Source: Pseudomonadota bacterium (GTDB lineage Bacteria > Pseudomonadota > Gammaproteobacteria > Burkholderiales > SG8-39). From it: a stretch of DNA of 64,000 bases. Of the stretch, positions 20,083 through 32,079 are shown one piece after another. Each line of letters opens with the position of its first letter. Position 1 is the first letter of the stretch. The notes beneath the pieces were generated by a model that saw only the letters and a program-made list of their open reading frames with translations, had not been told where the DNA came from and did no database searches. Location: positions 43,750-107,749 of the forward strand of contig JAJZPQ010000003.1 of NCBI GenBank assembly GCA_021811085.1, written 5' to 3'. Position numbers and translations under genes: made by a program.

Positions 20083-20133
20083 GCGACGAAACGCCGATTC
20101 GGCGGGACGAAGCGTCATCGGCGGCGACGGCGC
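20083..20133 (-). promoter_or_regulatory. LytTR-type direct-repeat operator
   Basis: GCGACGAAACG (20083), GGGACGAAGCG (20104), GCGACGGCGC (20124): 21/20 bp period upstream of the DUF6622 gene. Confidence 0.6.
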
Positions 20134-20235
20134 GCAGGGCGGCGCGCGCGCCGCGTATCGCCTAAAATGGCCGCTATGCCGCCGCTGCGCCGCAAATCCG
20201 GGCGCGGCAGTCCCATTTCGCGAGATGGCGCTCCA

Positions 20236-20991
20236 TTGACGACTGATCACGACCCGGCCGCGTCCGGCAAGAAGCGCAAAGCCGGCGTCGGCCGTCATCG
20301 GCCGGCGCTGGGCAGCGATCTCGCGCTCGCGCGCCTGCTGCAGCTCGCCAGCCCCGCTTTGCCGGTCGGCGCCTACAGCTATTCGCAGGGACTGGAAGCC
20401 GCAGTGGACGCGGGCCTGGTGCGCGACGCGGCCAGCGCCGAGGCCTGGATCGGCGAGGTGCTCGCCTACGCCGTGGCGCGGCTGGAAGCGCCGGTGTGGT
20501 GGCGCCTGCATGCAGCCTGGTCCGCCGGCGAGCTGCCGCGCGTCGCGCACTGGAACGAGCTGTTCTGCAGCACGCGCGAGAGCGCCGAACTGCGCGCCGA
20601 AACGCTGCAGATGGGTTATTCGCTGCAGCGGCTGCTGCTCGAGCTGGGAGCATTCGATGCATCGTCGCTGGCGCAGCTGCGTGGCGTCGCGGATATCAGC
20701 TTTCCTGCCGCTTTCGCTTTCGCCGTGGCGCAATGGGAAATCCCGGCACGCAGCGCGCTGATCGCCTACCTGTGGGCCTGGCTCGAGAATCAAGTCATGG
20801 CCGCGCTGAAATCGGTGCCGCTGGGCCAGACCGACGGCCAGCGCCTGCTGCTTTCGCTGGCTGCACTGCTGCCAGGGATCGCGGACGCGGCGTGCGCGCT
20901 CGCGGACGACGATCTATGCAATTACACGCCTGGCTACGCCATACTGTGCAGCCAGCACGAAACCCAGTACAGCCGTCTGTTTCGATCCTAG
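20236..20991 (+). CDS. ureF: Urease accessory protein UreF (start uncertain)
   Basis: '[21 protein letters not shown]', 'PLGQTDGQ', '[11 protein letters not shown]'. Confidence 0.92.
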   Translation: MTTDHDPAASGKKRKAGVGRHRPALGSDLALARLLQLASPALPVGAYSYSQGLEAAVDAGLVRDAASAEAWIGEVLAYAVARLEAPVWWRLHAAWSAGELPRVAHWNELFCSTRESAELRAETLQMGYSLQRLLLELGAFDASSLAQLRGVADISFPAAFAFAVAQWEIPARSALIAYLWAWLENQVMAALKSVPLGQTDGQRLLLSLAALLPGIADAACALADDDLCNYTPGYAILCSQHETQYSRLFRS

Positions 20992-21005
20992 AAAGAGTCC
21001 ATGTC

Positions 21006-21643
<638 letters not shown>

Positions 21644-21647
<4 letters not shown>

Positions 21648-22483
21648 GCCCGCTGGAATTGAGTCAGCTGCCCAACGACTGGCTCGCGCTGCTGGCCGTG
21701 GTGTACGCGCTCGGCCTGAAGCACGGCATGGACCCGGACCATCTGGCGACCATAGACGGCATCGCGCGCAGCAATGCAAGGCACAATCCGCGCCTCGCGC
21801 GCTGGTCGGGCTTGCTGTTTTCCGCGGGCCATGGCGCCATCGTGATCCTGGTCGCAATCGGCGTCAGCCTGCTTGCGCGGCAGTGGCACACGCCAGCCTG
21901 GCTGGAAGCGCTGGGCGCGTGGATCTCGATCGGATTCCTGTATGCACTGGGCCTGCTCAATCTCTACAGCGTGCTCAGCGCCCCGCCCGGGACGGTGGTA
22001 GCACCCGCGGGGCTCAAGAGCCAGCTGCTCGGGCGCTTTGCGCGGGTCAGCCATCCGCTGCTGATCGCCGCCGTGGGCGCGCTGTTCGCCTTGTCTTTCG
22101 ACACCGTCAGCCAGATGGCGCTGCTTTCGCTCACGGCGCGCAACCTTTCGGGCTGGGGATTCGCCGCCATGCTCGGCGTCACCTTCATGCTCGGCATGAT
22201 GACCACGGACGGGCTCAACGGACTATGGGTCGCGCGCCTGCTTGCGCGCGCGGACCGGCGCGCGCTCATCGCCTCGCGCAGCATGGGCCTCGCCATCGCC
22301 GGCCTGTCGCTGCTGGTGGGCAGCTATGGCCTGGCGCGGCAGTTCTTTCCCGCCATCGCCGACCCGGCGCCGCAACACGAACTGCTGCTGGGCTGTGCCG
22401 CGGCGGCAATCGTTGGTCTCAGTTTTCTATTCGGCTTGCATCTCGCACAGTCTCCGCTGCAAGCGCGCGCACCGCGGAACTAG
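21644..22483 (+). CDS. HoxN/HupN/NixA-family nickel/cobalt transporter
   Basis: '[16 protein letters not shown]', 'FSAGHG', 'LFALSFDT'; GTGA overlap with ureG. Confidence 0.88.
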
Positions 22484-22497
22484 CGCGCAGACCGCAG

Positions 22498-22570
22498 CTA
22501 CTTGCCTACCGCTGGGTCAAAGCGCTGGTACTCCTTGGTGAGCTTGTCACCGTACTGCTTCAGCACCACC
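22498..22570 (-). pseudogene. Remnant of the C-terminus of a paralogous ABC substrate-binding gene
   Basis: Translates VVLKQYGDKLT-KEYQRFDPAVGK*, matching VLKQCGDNLT…KEYKAIGDVVGK* of the adjacent SBP. Confidence 0.6.
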
Positions 22571-22583
22571 TCAAACGGTGCAA

Positions 22584-22607
22584 CGGGCCGCCGAAAGCGG
22601 CGGCCCG
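22584..22607. terminator. Hairpin downstream of SBP gene
   Basis: CGGGCCGCCG-aaag-CGGCGGCCCG 10-bp stem. Confidence 0.6.
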
Positions 22608-22616
22608 GCCAGACTG

Positions 22617-23828
22617 CTACTTGCCCACCACGTCGCCTATCGCCTTGTATTCCTTGCCGTCGAACTGAACCAGCTGCATCGCCTCGATCGGCGCGTAGTC
22701 GGTGGCGCTGGTATTGATCTTGATCCCCGGCAACAGCACATCGGTGCGGAAATCCTTGAGGCTCGCCGCCTGCTTCATCACGTTTTCGCGCGTCAGGTTA
22801 TCGCCGCACTGCTTCAGCACCTGCACCATCGTCTGCGCCACGCCGTAGCCGACCATGTTGCTGCCGTCCTTGACGTTGCCTTCCGGATAATACTTGGCCA
22901 TGAACGCATACCAGTCCTTCATCGCCTTGTCGTCTTTCCACTTCGGATCGAGCGAATCCTTGAGGTACTGGATCGAGATCACGCCCTTCGATTTCTCCAG
23001 ACCCGCCGGGGTCAGCACCGAGCCGATCGAGGCCGAAACGTTGTTCAGGTACTGCACCGGCTTCCAGCCGATGTCGTAGGCCTTGCGGATCGCCTGCGCC
23101 GCGAATTTGGGCGTAGTGATGTTGAAGAACACATTGGCGCCGGAGGCCTGCAGCTGCACGATCTGCGAATCCACGGTCGGATCGCTGGTCTCGTAGGAGG
23201 CCTTGGCCACGATCATGGTCTTCGCCTTCGCGCCGAGCCCGTCTTCGAAGCCCTTCAGATAGTCCTTGCCGTAATCGTCGTTCTGGTAGAGCACGGCGAT
23301 TTTCGCATCCGGCTTGGTCTGCAGAATGTGCTTGGCGTAGGTCGCGGCCTCGGTCTGGTAGTTGGGCTGCCAGCCCATGGTCCAGGGAAAGTCCTTAGGA
23401 TCGTTCCACTTGCTTGCGCCGGTGGCGACGAACAGCTGCGGCACCTTCTTCGCGTTCATGTACTTGTGGATCGCCGAATTGGACGGCGTGCCGAGGGAGT
23501 TGAATATGAACAGCACCTGCTCCTGCTCGACCAGGCGGCGTGCATCCTCGACCGCTTTCGGCGGGCTGTAGCCATCGTCGAGGCTGATGAAGTTGATCTT
23601 GCGTCCGTTGATGCCGCCCTGGTCGTTGATCATCTTGAAATACGCGGCGTCGGTCTTGCCGATGGTGCCGTAAGCGGAAGCCGGTCCGCTGTAAGGCATG
23701 ATGTTGCCGATCTTGATTTCGGTGTCGCTTGCGCCCGGATCGTATTTCTTCTGCGCCAGCGCCGACGACGTACCCAGCGCAAGCCCGGCCATTACGGTAG
23801 CGGAAACTAACAATTGCTTGGTTGACAT
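22617..23828 (-). CDS. Liv-type ABC transporter substrate-binding protein
   Basis: Signal peptide, 'PYSGPAS', 'GGINGRKI', 'DDGYSPPK', 'YQNDDYGKD'. Confidence 0.9.
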   Translation of the reverse strand: MSTKQLLVSATVMAGLALGTSSALAQKKYDPGASDTEIKIGNIMPYSGPASAYGTIGKTDAAYFKMINDQGGINGRKINFISLDDGYSPPKAVEDARRLVEQEQVLFIFNSLGTPSNSAIHKYMNAKKVPQLFVATGASKWNDPKDFPWTMGWQPNYQTEAATYAKHILQTKPDAKIAVLYQNDDYGKDYLKGFEDGLGAKAKTMIVAKASYETSDPTVDSQIVQLQASGANVFFNITTPKFAAQAIRKAYDIGWKPVQYLNNVSASIGSVLTPAGLEKSKGVISIQYLKDSLDPKWKDDKAMKDWYAFMAKYYPEGNVKDGSNMVGYGVAQTMVQVLKQCGDNLTRENVMKQAASLKDFRTDVLLPGIKINTSATDYAPIEAMQLVQFDGKEYKAIGDVVGK

Positions 23829-23936
23829 GCTTACCTCCTTTGCGTGATTAATGAAATGAGGAGACATATCCCCTCACGCCCCTCTGATTCCTCGCTTCAT
23901 AACCGCCGGATACTTCTATGCGGTAACCCTGCGCCG

Positions 23937-24944
23937 TCACTGCTGCCCGTTGCGGCCGCTCCCGCGCCTGATCCGCGCCCAGGCGATGCGAATCGCGCCG
24001 GCCACGCCGACGGGCATCAGGTACACGAATCCGATCATGAACACGCCGTAGATCGCCCAGGGTGCCGCCTTGGAAATCTGGTCGGCAATATTCGGCACGA
24101 ACTGGATGAATATCGCGCCGTAGATCGCGCCCGGGATCGAGGCCAGCCCGCCGATCACGATGCCGACGAGGAAGGTGATCGACAGAAAGATGTTGAAGCT
24201 GTCGGGCGCGACGAACTGCACCGCGATCGCGCCGAGCGCGCCGGCGACGCCGGTGTACATCGCGGATACGCCGAACGCGAGCGACTTGTACAGCGAGTTG
24301 TTCACCCCCATGGCCTCGGCCGCGATCGGCTGGTCGCGGATGGCGATGAGCGAACGCCCGACGCGCCCGCGCAGCAGGTTCCAGCCGAGCAGGAACATCA
24401 CCAGCGCGATCGCGAGCGTGAAATAGTACAGCCACTGGTCCTGGTTGATCGGCAAGCCGAAGGGCGGGTCCGGCTTCATGATGACGATGCCCTGCACCCC
24501 GCCGGTCCAGTATTCCAGGTGCTTGTACTTGAGCAGCTGCGGCATCGATACGCCCAGCGCAAACGTCGCGAGCGCGAGATACAGCCCCTCCAGGCGCAAG
24601 GCCGGCAGGCCGAACAGGAATCCGGCCGCGAGGCAGACCAGGCCGGCCACCGGCACGGTCGCCCAATAAGGCACGCCCCACTTGTCCATCAGGATCGCGG
24701 CGACATAGGCGCCGATCGCGTAAAACGCGCCGTGGCCGAGCGATATCTGCCCGTTGTAGCCGGTCAGGATATTGAGCCCGAGCAGCGCGATCGCATACAC
24801 CAGCACCATGGTCAGCTGGAACGTATGGTAGTTGGTCACCAGGAACGGCAGCGCGCAAATTGCGAGCAGCAGCACGGCGAGCGCGATGCGCCGGGACTTG
24901 CCCGGTGCGGCGGAAGCGGCGGTGAGAGGCGATGCAGGCGTCAT
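23937..24944 (-). CDS. Liv-type ABC permease (LivM-like)
   Basis: 'GYNGQISLGHGAF', 'GLYLALAT', 'VIGGLAS'. Confidence 0.9.
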   Translation of the reverse strand: MTPASPLTAASAAPGKSRRIALAVLLLAICALPFLVTNYHTFQLTMVLVYAIALLGLNILTGYNGQISLGHGAFYAIGAYVAAILMDKWGVPYWATVPVAGLVCLAAGFLFGLPALRLEGLYLALATFALGVSMPQLLKYKHLEYWTGGVQGIVIMKPDPPFGLPINQDQWLYYFTLAIALVMFLLGWNLLRGRVGRSLIAIRDQPIAAEAMGVNNSLYKSLAFGVSAMYTGVAGALGAIAVQFVAPDSFNIFLSITFLVGIVIGGLASIPGAIYGAIFIQFVPNIADQISKAAPWAIYGVFMIGFVYLMPVGVAGAIRIAWARIRRGSGRNGQQ

Positions 24945-24948
24945 TCGG

Positions 24949-25824
24949 TCATACCCTGGTTACGTGAACTCGGCCGAACAGGCCCGAGGGGCGCACCACC
25001 AGCACGCCGACGATCAGCACCAGCGCGAACGCGAGCTTGAGCTCGTTGCCGATGACATAGGCGCCGAGCAGGTTTTCCAGCACCCCGACCATGAATCCGC
25101 CGAGCACCGCGCCGCCGGGGTTGTCTATGCCGCCGACCAGCGCCGCCGCAAATGCATACAGCAGAATGCCCGACATCATGTTCGGGTCGAGGTAGACCGT
25201 CGGCGCCACCATCATGCCGGCGATCGCGCCGATCGCCGCGGCGAGTCCCCAGCCCAGCGCCAGCATCCAGCCCACGCGTATCCCGACCAGGCGGCTGGAG
25301 GTTGGATTCTGCGCCGCGGCGCGCATCGCCAGCCCCAGCGGCGTATAGCGGAAAAACGCGTACAGCAGCGCCAGCACCACCAGCGTGACGCCGACCGCGC
25401 CGAGCTGGTGCGCGGAAAAGAAGTGATCGCCGACATGCAGCGGCTCCTTCGGAAACGGGCTCGGAAACACCTTGATGGTGTAGGTATAGATCCAGCCGGC
25501 CAGGCTGTTGAAAATCACCAGCAGCCCGATGAACACGACCACGACGGACAGCACCGGCGCCTGCTCCACCGGCCGCACGATGACGCGCTCGATCAGCACG
25601 CCGAGGACGAACGCGATCGCGATCGTGAGAAAGAACGCCGGCCAGTAGGGCATGCCGGCGTCGATCATGGTCCAGGCGATGTAGGTCGAGAACATCGCGA
25701 TTTCGCCCTGGGCGAAGTTCACCTGGTGCGTCGCCTGGTAGATCATCACCAGCGCCAGCGCGACGCTGGCGTAAATGCCGCCGGTGGCGAGACCGGCAAA
25801 TACCTGATTGAGAAAAGCGTCCAT
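24949..25824 (-). CDS. Liv-type ABC permease (LivH-like)
   Basis: 'GGIYAS', 'VNFAQGE', 'GLAMRAAAQN'. Confidence 0.9.
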   Translation of the reverse strand: MDAFLNQVFAGLATGGIYASVALALVMIYQATHQVNFAQGEIAMFSTYIAWTMIDAGMPYWPAFFLTIAIAFVLGVLIERVIVRPVEQAPVLSVVVVFIGLLVIFNSLAGWIYTYTIKVFPSPFPKEPLHVGDHFFSAHQLGAVGVTLVVLALLYAFFRYTPLGLAMRAAAQNPTSSRLVGIRVGWMLALGWGLAAAIGAIAGMMVAPTVYLDPNMMSGILLYAFAAALVGGIDNPGGAVLGGFMVGVLENLLGAYVIGNELKLAFALVLIVGVLVVRPSGLFGRVHVTRV

Positions 25825-25835
25825 GGAGTATCGCT

Positions 25836-26548
<713 letters not shown>

Positions 26549-26549
<1 letters not shown>

Positions 26550-27340
26550 CAGTCGCCGTTCCCCAGATAGGCCTGCACCACTTCGGGATGCTGCTGCACC
26601 TCGGCCGGCGTGCCCTCGGCGATCTTGCGCCCGAAATTGAGCGCGACCACCTTGTCCGACACGCTCATCACCAGGCTCATGTGGTGCTCCACCAGCAGCA
26701 CGGTGATGCCCAGCCGCCCGCGGATATCGTGGATCAGCTTGCCCAGGGCGTGGACTTCCTCGTGATTGAGGCCGCAGGCCGGTTCGTCCAGCAGCAGCAG
26801 CCGCGGCTCGCTCGCGAGCGCGCGCGCGAGCTCGACCCGCTTTTGCGTGCCGAAAGGAAGGTCGGACACGCGCTTGTCCGCATCCGCCTCGAGACCGAGG
26901 AACGCGACCAGTTGCGCCGCCTGCTCCGCCGAGGCGCGCTCCTCGCGCACCACGCGCGGCAGGCGCAGCGCATTAGACAGAAAACCGCTGCGCGTGCGGC
27001 AATGCCGGCCGAGCATGACGTTGTCGTGCACGCTCATGCTGCGAAACAGCGCGAGGTTCTGGAACGTGCGGCCGATGCCGACGGTCGCGATACGATGGCG
27101 CGGGATATCGAGCAGCGACTGGCCGTCAAACACGATCCGACCGCCCTGCCAGCGATAGAGTCGCGACAGGCAATTGAACAGCGTGGTCTTGCCGGCGCCA
27201 TTGGGCCCGATCAAGCCGGCGATCTGTCCCGGCGCGATATCGAACGACACGCCGTCGAGCGCAACAATACCGCCGAAGTGCACCGACACGCCGTCGACAG
27301 CCAGCAGGCTGTTCCCGCTTGTCGCTTGGGTTTGAAGCAT
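26549..27340 (-). CDS. Liv-type ABC ATPase (LivG-like)
   Basis: 'GPNGAGKTT', 'GRTFQN', 'LLVEHHM', 'VVQAYLG'. Confidence 0.92.
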
Positions 27341-27557
27341 CGATCCTCCTAAATTGGACAAGCGTTCTCCAGGGCAAAGCCCTGTTTCGAACTTGTCCTT
27401 GCGGTCCCGGTCTTTGCCGGAATCCGCCGCCCTTGCTGCGCCATGCGCGCGGGGGCCCGTGTGCCGCGGGCACATACTTCCATAAAACCGGGGCTGCGTA
27501 AAGCCGGGGAAACCTTTTATTGGACAATATTGGCCGAATTGGTTCGCCGGCAGCCGC

Positions 27558-30317
27558 CTAGCCGCTGTTGCGCAGGCCCGCAGTGAGCCCGTTGATGGAA
27601 AGATGTATGCCGCGCCGCGTCTGCTCGTCGCTGTCGCCGGCGCGATAGCGCCGCAGCAGCTCGATCTGCAGGTGATTGAGCGGATCGAGGTACGGAATCC
27701 GGTTGCGTATGCTTTGCGCGAGTTCCGGATTGTCGGCAAGCGGCGTCGCCTGGCCGGTGATCTGCAGCAGGTGGCGCAGGCAATGGTTCAGCTCCGCGCC
27801 GATGCGCGCCAGCACGCGCTCGCGCAGCGCCGCGTCCGGCAGCAGTTCGGCGTAGCGCGCAGCGATCGACAAGTCGGTCTTGGCCAGCACCATGTCCATG
27901 TTGGACACGACGCTGCGGAAGAACGGCCAGCCCTGATACATCTGCCGCAGCGTTTGCATGCCTTGCGGGTGCTCGGCGAGCCAGGCCTCGACCGCGCTGC
28001 CGAAGCCGTACCAGCCGGGCAGCAGCACGCGGCACTGCGCCCAGCTGAACACCCAGGGAATCGCGCGCAGATCGTCGATGCGCCAGGAAGCCTTGCGCGC
28101 AGCCGGCCGGCTGCCGATGTTGAGATCGGCGATTTCGGCGATCGGCGTGGTCATGCGGAAATACTCGACGAAGCCGGGCGTTTCGTAGACGAGCTCGCGG
28201 TACGCCCGGTAGGCATGCGCACTGAGCGCGTCCATGACCTCGGTCCACCCCAGCGCGGCCGGGTCGGCGTGCTGCGCGTGCAGCAGGCTCGCCTCGAGCG
28301 TCGCCGCGACCAGGGTCTCCAGATTCTCGCGGCCGAGCAGCGCGTCGGCGTACTTGCTCGCGATGGTTTCGCCCTGCTCGGTCAGGCGCAGCATGCCGTC
28401 CACGCTGCCCGGCGGCTGCGCCAGGATCGCCTCGTAGGCGGGGCCGCCGCCGCGGCCGACCGAGCCGCCGCGCCCGTGGAACAGGCGCAGGCGCACGCCG
28501 TGCTGGCGGAACACTTCGACCAGGTTCGCTTCGGCCCGGTACAGCGCCCAGTTGGCGCTGACATAGCCGCCGTCCTTGTTGCTGTCGGAATAGCCGAGCA
28601 TGATCTCCTGCACGCGCGCGCGCGCATCCAGCCAAGGTGCATAAGCCGCGTGCGCGAAGGCCTGCGCCATCACGCCGGCGCAGCGGCCCAGGTCGGCTAT
28701 GGTCTCGAACAGCGGCACGATGTTGAGCGCGAGGCGTGCCGGCTCACCCGGCGCGAGCAGCCCGACTTCCTTCAGCAGCAGGCCCACTTCGAGCAGATCG
28801 CTCAGCGAAGCGCAATTCGAAATGATGTAATTCTGGATCGCTTCGGCACCGAAGCGTGCGTGAACCTCCGCTGCCGCCTGCAGGATGGCGAGTTCGCCCT
28901 GCGTCGTCGCGCTGTACTCCAGGTGGCGCGAGTACAGCAGCCTGGGACCGCTCAACTCGCGCGTGAGCAGGTCCACGCGCTCGCGCTCGGCGAGCGCGGC
29001 GTAGTCGCCATGCACGCCGGCCGTGCGCAGCAGCTCGGCCACCACGCGCTCGTGCACTGCCGAGTTCTGGCGCAGATCGAGCGCGGCGAGATGAAAACCG
29101 AACACCTCGACTGCGCGCATCAAGGGCCGCAGCCGCCGCTCGGCCAATGCGGCCGAGCCGTGGTTGGCGAGCGAGTGCGCGATGACTTCCAGGTCCGCGC
29201 GCAGTTGCGCGCTGGCATGGTAGGGCGCGCCCGTCGCATGCGGCTCGCGCGGCGGCGCATAGCCGCACAGCAGCCGCGCGCTCGCCGCCAGGCGCGCGTA
29301 GATGCCCACCAGCGCGCGGCGATACGGCTCGTCGCGGCGGAACGGGGAATCGTCTCCGCCTGCATCGGCCAGCGCGAGCAGCTCCGGCGTCACGCTCACC
29401 AGGCGCGCGGCGAGCGAAAGCTCCCCGCCGAGCAGGTGGATCTGCTCCAGATAATGCGCAAATGCGACCTGTGCCTGACGCTCGATCGCCGCGCGCAGCA
29501 CCCCGGCATCGACGTAGGGGTTGCCGTCGCGGTCCCCGCCTATCCACGAACCCATGCGCAGCAGCGCGGGCAGGCGCTGCGCCGTGCCGCAGTGCCGGGC
29601 GAGCGTATGCTCCATTTCCGCGTACAGACGCGGGATCTGTTCGAGGAAAGTATCGCGGTAATAGGCGAGCGCATTGTCGATCTCATCCACGACGCGCAGC
29701 TTGGTCAGGCGCAGCATCGCCGTCTGCCACAGGGTCAGAATCCCGATATAAAGCTGGTGCGCGAGCTCGGTCTGCTCGGCCGGCAGCAGCTGCTCGCGAT
29801 CGCGCCGTTCGAGCAGGCGCGCAATTTCGCGCTCGCAATCGAGCGTGCTCTTGCGCTTGACCTCGGTCGGATGCGCAGTCAGCACCGGGCTCACCAGCGC
29901 GCCCTCGAACCAGGACTTGAGCGCGGCGGCGTCCACGCCGGCCGCCTTCAGCTGCGCCAGCGCCCGCGCCAGGCTGCCCTCGCGCGGCGGCAGCCCTTCG
30001 CGCGCCTGAGCGCGTCGCTTCCTTTTCTGGTGGCGGTCTTCGGCGATGTTGAGCAGGTGCAGGAAGTAGCTGAATGCGCGCACCACGTCCAGGCTCTGCC
30101 GCCGGGTAAGGCCGTCGAGGATCCCGGCAAGCTCGGTGCGCACGGCGCCGGCCTCGCCCGGCTGCGCGCGGCGAAAGCGCACCGCGGTCTGACGCACGTT
30201 TTCGATGAGCGCATAACCGGCCTCACCGGTGCGCTCCTGCAATACCCGGCCGAGCAGCCGCCCCAGCAGGCGCACGTCTTCGCGCAATTCGGAATCGAGG
30301 TCGCTTGTTTCGCTCAT
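27558..30317 (-). CDS. ppc: Phosphoenolpyruvate carboxylase
   Basis: 'LTAHPTE', 'MLGYSDSNKDGG', 'FHGRGGSVGRGGGP', C-terminal 'LRNSG'. Confidence 0.96.
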   Translation of the reverse strand: MSETSDLDSELREDVRLLGRLLGRVLQERTGEAGYALIENVRQTAVRFRRAQPGEAGAVRTELAGILDGLTRRQSLDVVRAFSYFLHLLNIAEDRHQKRKRRAQAREGLPPREGSLARALAQLKAAGVDAAALKSWFEGALVSPVLTAHPTEVKRKSTLDCEREIARLLERRDREQLLPAEQTELAHQLYIGILTLWQTAMLRLTKLRVVDEIDNALAYYRDTFLEQIPRLYAEMEHTLARHCGTAQRLPALLRMGSWIGGDRDGNPYVDAGVLRAAIERQAQVAFAHYLEQIHLLGGELSLAARLVSVTPELLALADAGGDDSPFRRDEPYRRALVGIYARLAASARLLCGYAPPREPHATGAPYHASAQLRADLEVIAHSLANHGSAALAERRLRPLMRAVEVFGFHLAALDLRQNSAVHERVVAELLRTAGVHGDYAALAERERVDLLTRELSGPRLLYSRHLEYSATTQGELAILQAAAEVHARFGAEAIQNYIISNCASLSDLLEVGLLLKEVGLLAPGEPARLALNIVPLFETIADLGRCAGVMAQAFAHAAYAPWLDARARVQEIMLGYSDSNKDGGYVSANWALYRAEANLVEVFRQHGVRLRLFHGRGGSVGRGGGPAYEAILAQPPGSVDGMLRLTEQGETIASKYADALLGRENLETLVAATLEASLLHAQHADPAALGWTEVMDALSAHAYRAYRELVYETPGFVEYFRMTTPIAEIADLNIGSRPAARKASWRIDDLRAIPWVFSWAQCRVLLPGWYGFGSAVEAWLAEHPQGMQTLRQMYQGWPFFRSVVSNMDMVLAKTDLSIAARYAELLPDAALRERVLARIGAELNHCLRHLLQITGQATPLADNPELAQSIRNRIPYLDPLNHLQIELLRRYRAGDSDEQTRRGIHLSINGLTAGLRNSG

Positions 30318-30368
30318 GATCGAAGCTCGGTTAGCGCACAGGCGGATAGCGCGCCGGTGGATCGCCGC

Positions 30369-31019
30369 TCAGGCGCGCGCCAGCACGCGATCGGCGACGA
30401 AAGGGTTGCTGTCGCGTTCGTCGCCGAACGTAGAAGTCGGCCCGTGTCCCGGGATGAAGGTGACGTCGTTTCCCAGTGGCCACAGCTGCTCGCGGATGGA
30501 GCGGATCAGGCTGGCGTGATCGCCGCGCGGAAGGTCGGTGCGCCCGATGGAGCCGGCGAACAGCACATCGCCCACCAGCGCGAGGCGGTATTCCGCGCTG
30601 AAGAAAATCACGTGCCCGGGCGTGTGCCCCGGGCAATGCCGCACCTCGAGTTCCACCGCGCCGAAGCGCACGCGGTCGCCGCCGGCGAGCCAGCGCGCCG
30701 GCGTGAACGCGCGCAGCTGCGGAAAACCGAAACGCAGGCCCTGCTGCGGCAGGTCGTCGATGAGGAAGCGATCCTCGATATGCGGACCTTCCACCGGCAG
30801 GCCCAGCGCCTCGGACAGCTGCGCCGTCCCGCCGCAGTGGTCGATATGGCCGTGCGTGAGCAGGATCTTTTCCAGTTCGACGCCCTGCTTCTTCACGGCT
30901 TCGAGTATGCGTTCCACATCGCCGCCCGGATCGACTACCGCGGCTTTCCCGGTTTGCTCGCACACCAGCAGCGAGCAGTTCTGCTGGAACGGGGTGACCG
31001 GAATAATGGAAACTTTCAC
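30369..31019 (-). CDS. MBL-fold metallo-hydrolase (YcbL/GloC-like)
   Basis: 'THGHIDH', 'PGHTPGH', 'GDVLF.GSIGRTD', 'PGHG'. Confidence 0.9.
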   Translation of the reverse strand: MKVSIIPVTPFQQNCSLLVCEQTGKAAVVDPGGDVERILEAVKKQGVELEKILLTHGHIDHCGGTAQLSEALGLPVEGPHIEDRFLIDDLPQQGLRFGFPQLRAFTPARWLAGGDRVRFGAVELEVRHCPGHTPGHVIFFSAEYRLALVGDVLFAGSIGRTDLPRGDHASLIRSIREQLWPLGNDVTFIPGHGPTSTFGDERDSNPFVADRVLARA

Positions 31020-31106
31020 ACGACCTCGGCAAAACGGTGGCTGGCGCAATCCGCGATCTGAATTCTACCCTTTCGGCGCGCACAGCCGCGCACCGCGCGC
31101 GCCGGA

Positions 31107-31940
31107 TCAGAGCATTTGCAGCGGGCTTGCTGCCGCGGGCGGCGGAAACAGCCGATCGAGCTCGGCCAGCTGCGCTGGCGCCAGCACCCGGGCCAGCGCG
31201 CCCAGATTTTCTTTGAGCCGCTCGCGGCTGCCGGTCTTCGGAATCACGATCACGTCCTCGCGCGCGAGCAGCCAGGCGAGCGCCGCCTGCGCCGGCGTCA
31301 TGCCCTCGCGCCTGGCAAATCCGGCGAGTCTGCGATCCTGCATGAGCCGCGCCTGCTCCAGCGGCGAATAGGCCATGATCGGCACGCGCCGCTGGCGCAG
31401 CCAGGGCAGCAGATCCCACTCTATGCCGCGCCGCCCGAGGTTGTACAGCAGCTGGTTGGTGGCGGCGGCTTCTCCCCCGGGCAGGCGCCACAGTTCCTGC
31501 ATGTCGGCGAGATCGAGATTGCTGACGCCGTAATGGCGGATCTTGCCCGCCTGCTTGAGGCGCATGAACGCCTGCAGCGTTTCGGCGAGCGGCACGGCGC
31601 CGCGCCAGTGCAGCAGATACAGGTCGATGTGGTCGGTGTTCAGACGCTTCAGGCTGCGCTCGCAGGCGGCGATCGCGCCTTTGGCCGAGGCATTGTGCGG
31701 ATAGACCTTGCTCACCAGGAACACTTCGTCGCGCCGCCCCGCGATCGCCTCGGCGATGAGTTCCTCGGCGCGCCCGTCGCCGTACATTTCGGCTGTGTCG
31801 ATCAGCGTCGCGCCGAGATCCAGGCCCAGGCGCAGCGTTGCGATTTCCTCGGCGCGCGCGGCGCGCTCATCGCTCAGGTTCCAGCTGCCGAGGCCGAAAG
31901 CGGGGACGCGCTCGCCGTCTGGAAGCGGAACGGTCTTCAT
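31107..31940 (-). CDS. Aldo/keto reductase
   Basis: 'IDTAEMYG', 'LVSKV', 'DLYLLHW', 'GVSN', 'IPKT'. Confidence 0.92.
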   Translation of the reverse strand: MKTVPLPDGERVPAFGLGSWNLSDERAARAEEIATLRLGLDLGATLIDTAEMYGDGRAEELIAEAIAGRRDEVFLVSKVYPHNASAKGAIAACERSLKRLNTDHIDLYLLHWRGAVPLAETLQAFMRLKQAGKIRHYGVSNLDLADMQELWRLPGGEAAATNQLLYNLGRRGIEWDLLPWLRQRRVPIMAYSPLEQARLMQDRRLAGFARREGMTPAQAALAWLLAREDVIVIPKTGSRERLKENLGALARVLAPAQLAELDRLFPPPAAASPLQML

Positions 31941-32079
31941 GCCCGGATTATGGCGCCTTTGCCCGAAAGCTTGCACATGCATTATGCTAGCGGGGTCCTG
32001 GCCCGGCCTCCGCGTCGAGCAGGGCACGCGCGTTGACATCCTTTCAGCGCACCCGGCAGCACTTGATCGACGGCATACG

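Noticed and set aside
27350-27545. Repeated TTGGACAA upstream of the liv operon
   Set aside because: Only two short copies 166 bp apart and no cognate regulator nearby; too weak to call
27603-31061. 1152-aa plus-strand ORF
   Set aside because: Antisense shadow of ppc and the MBL hydrolase; no domain motifs
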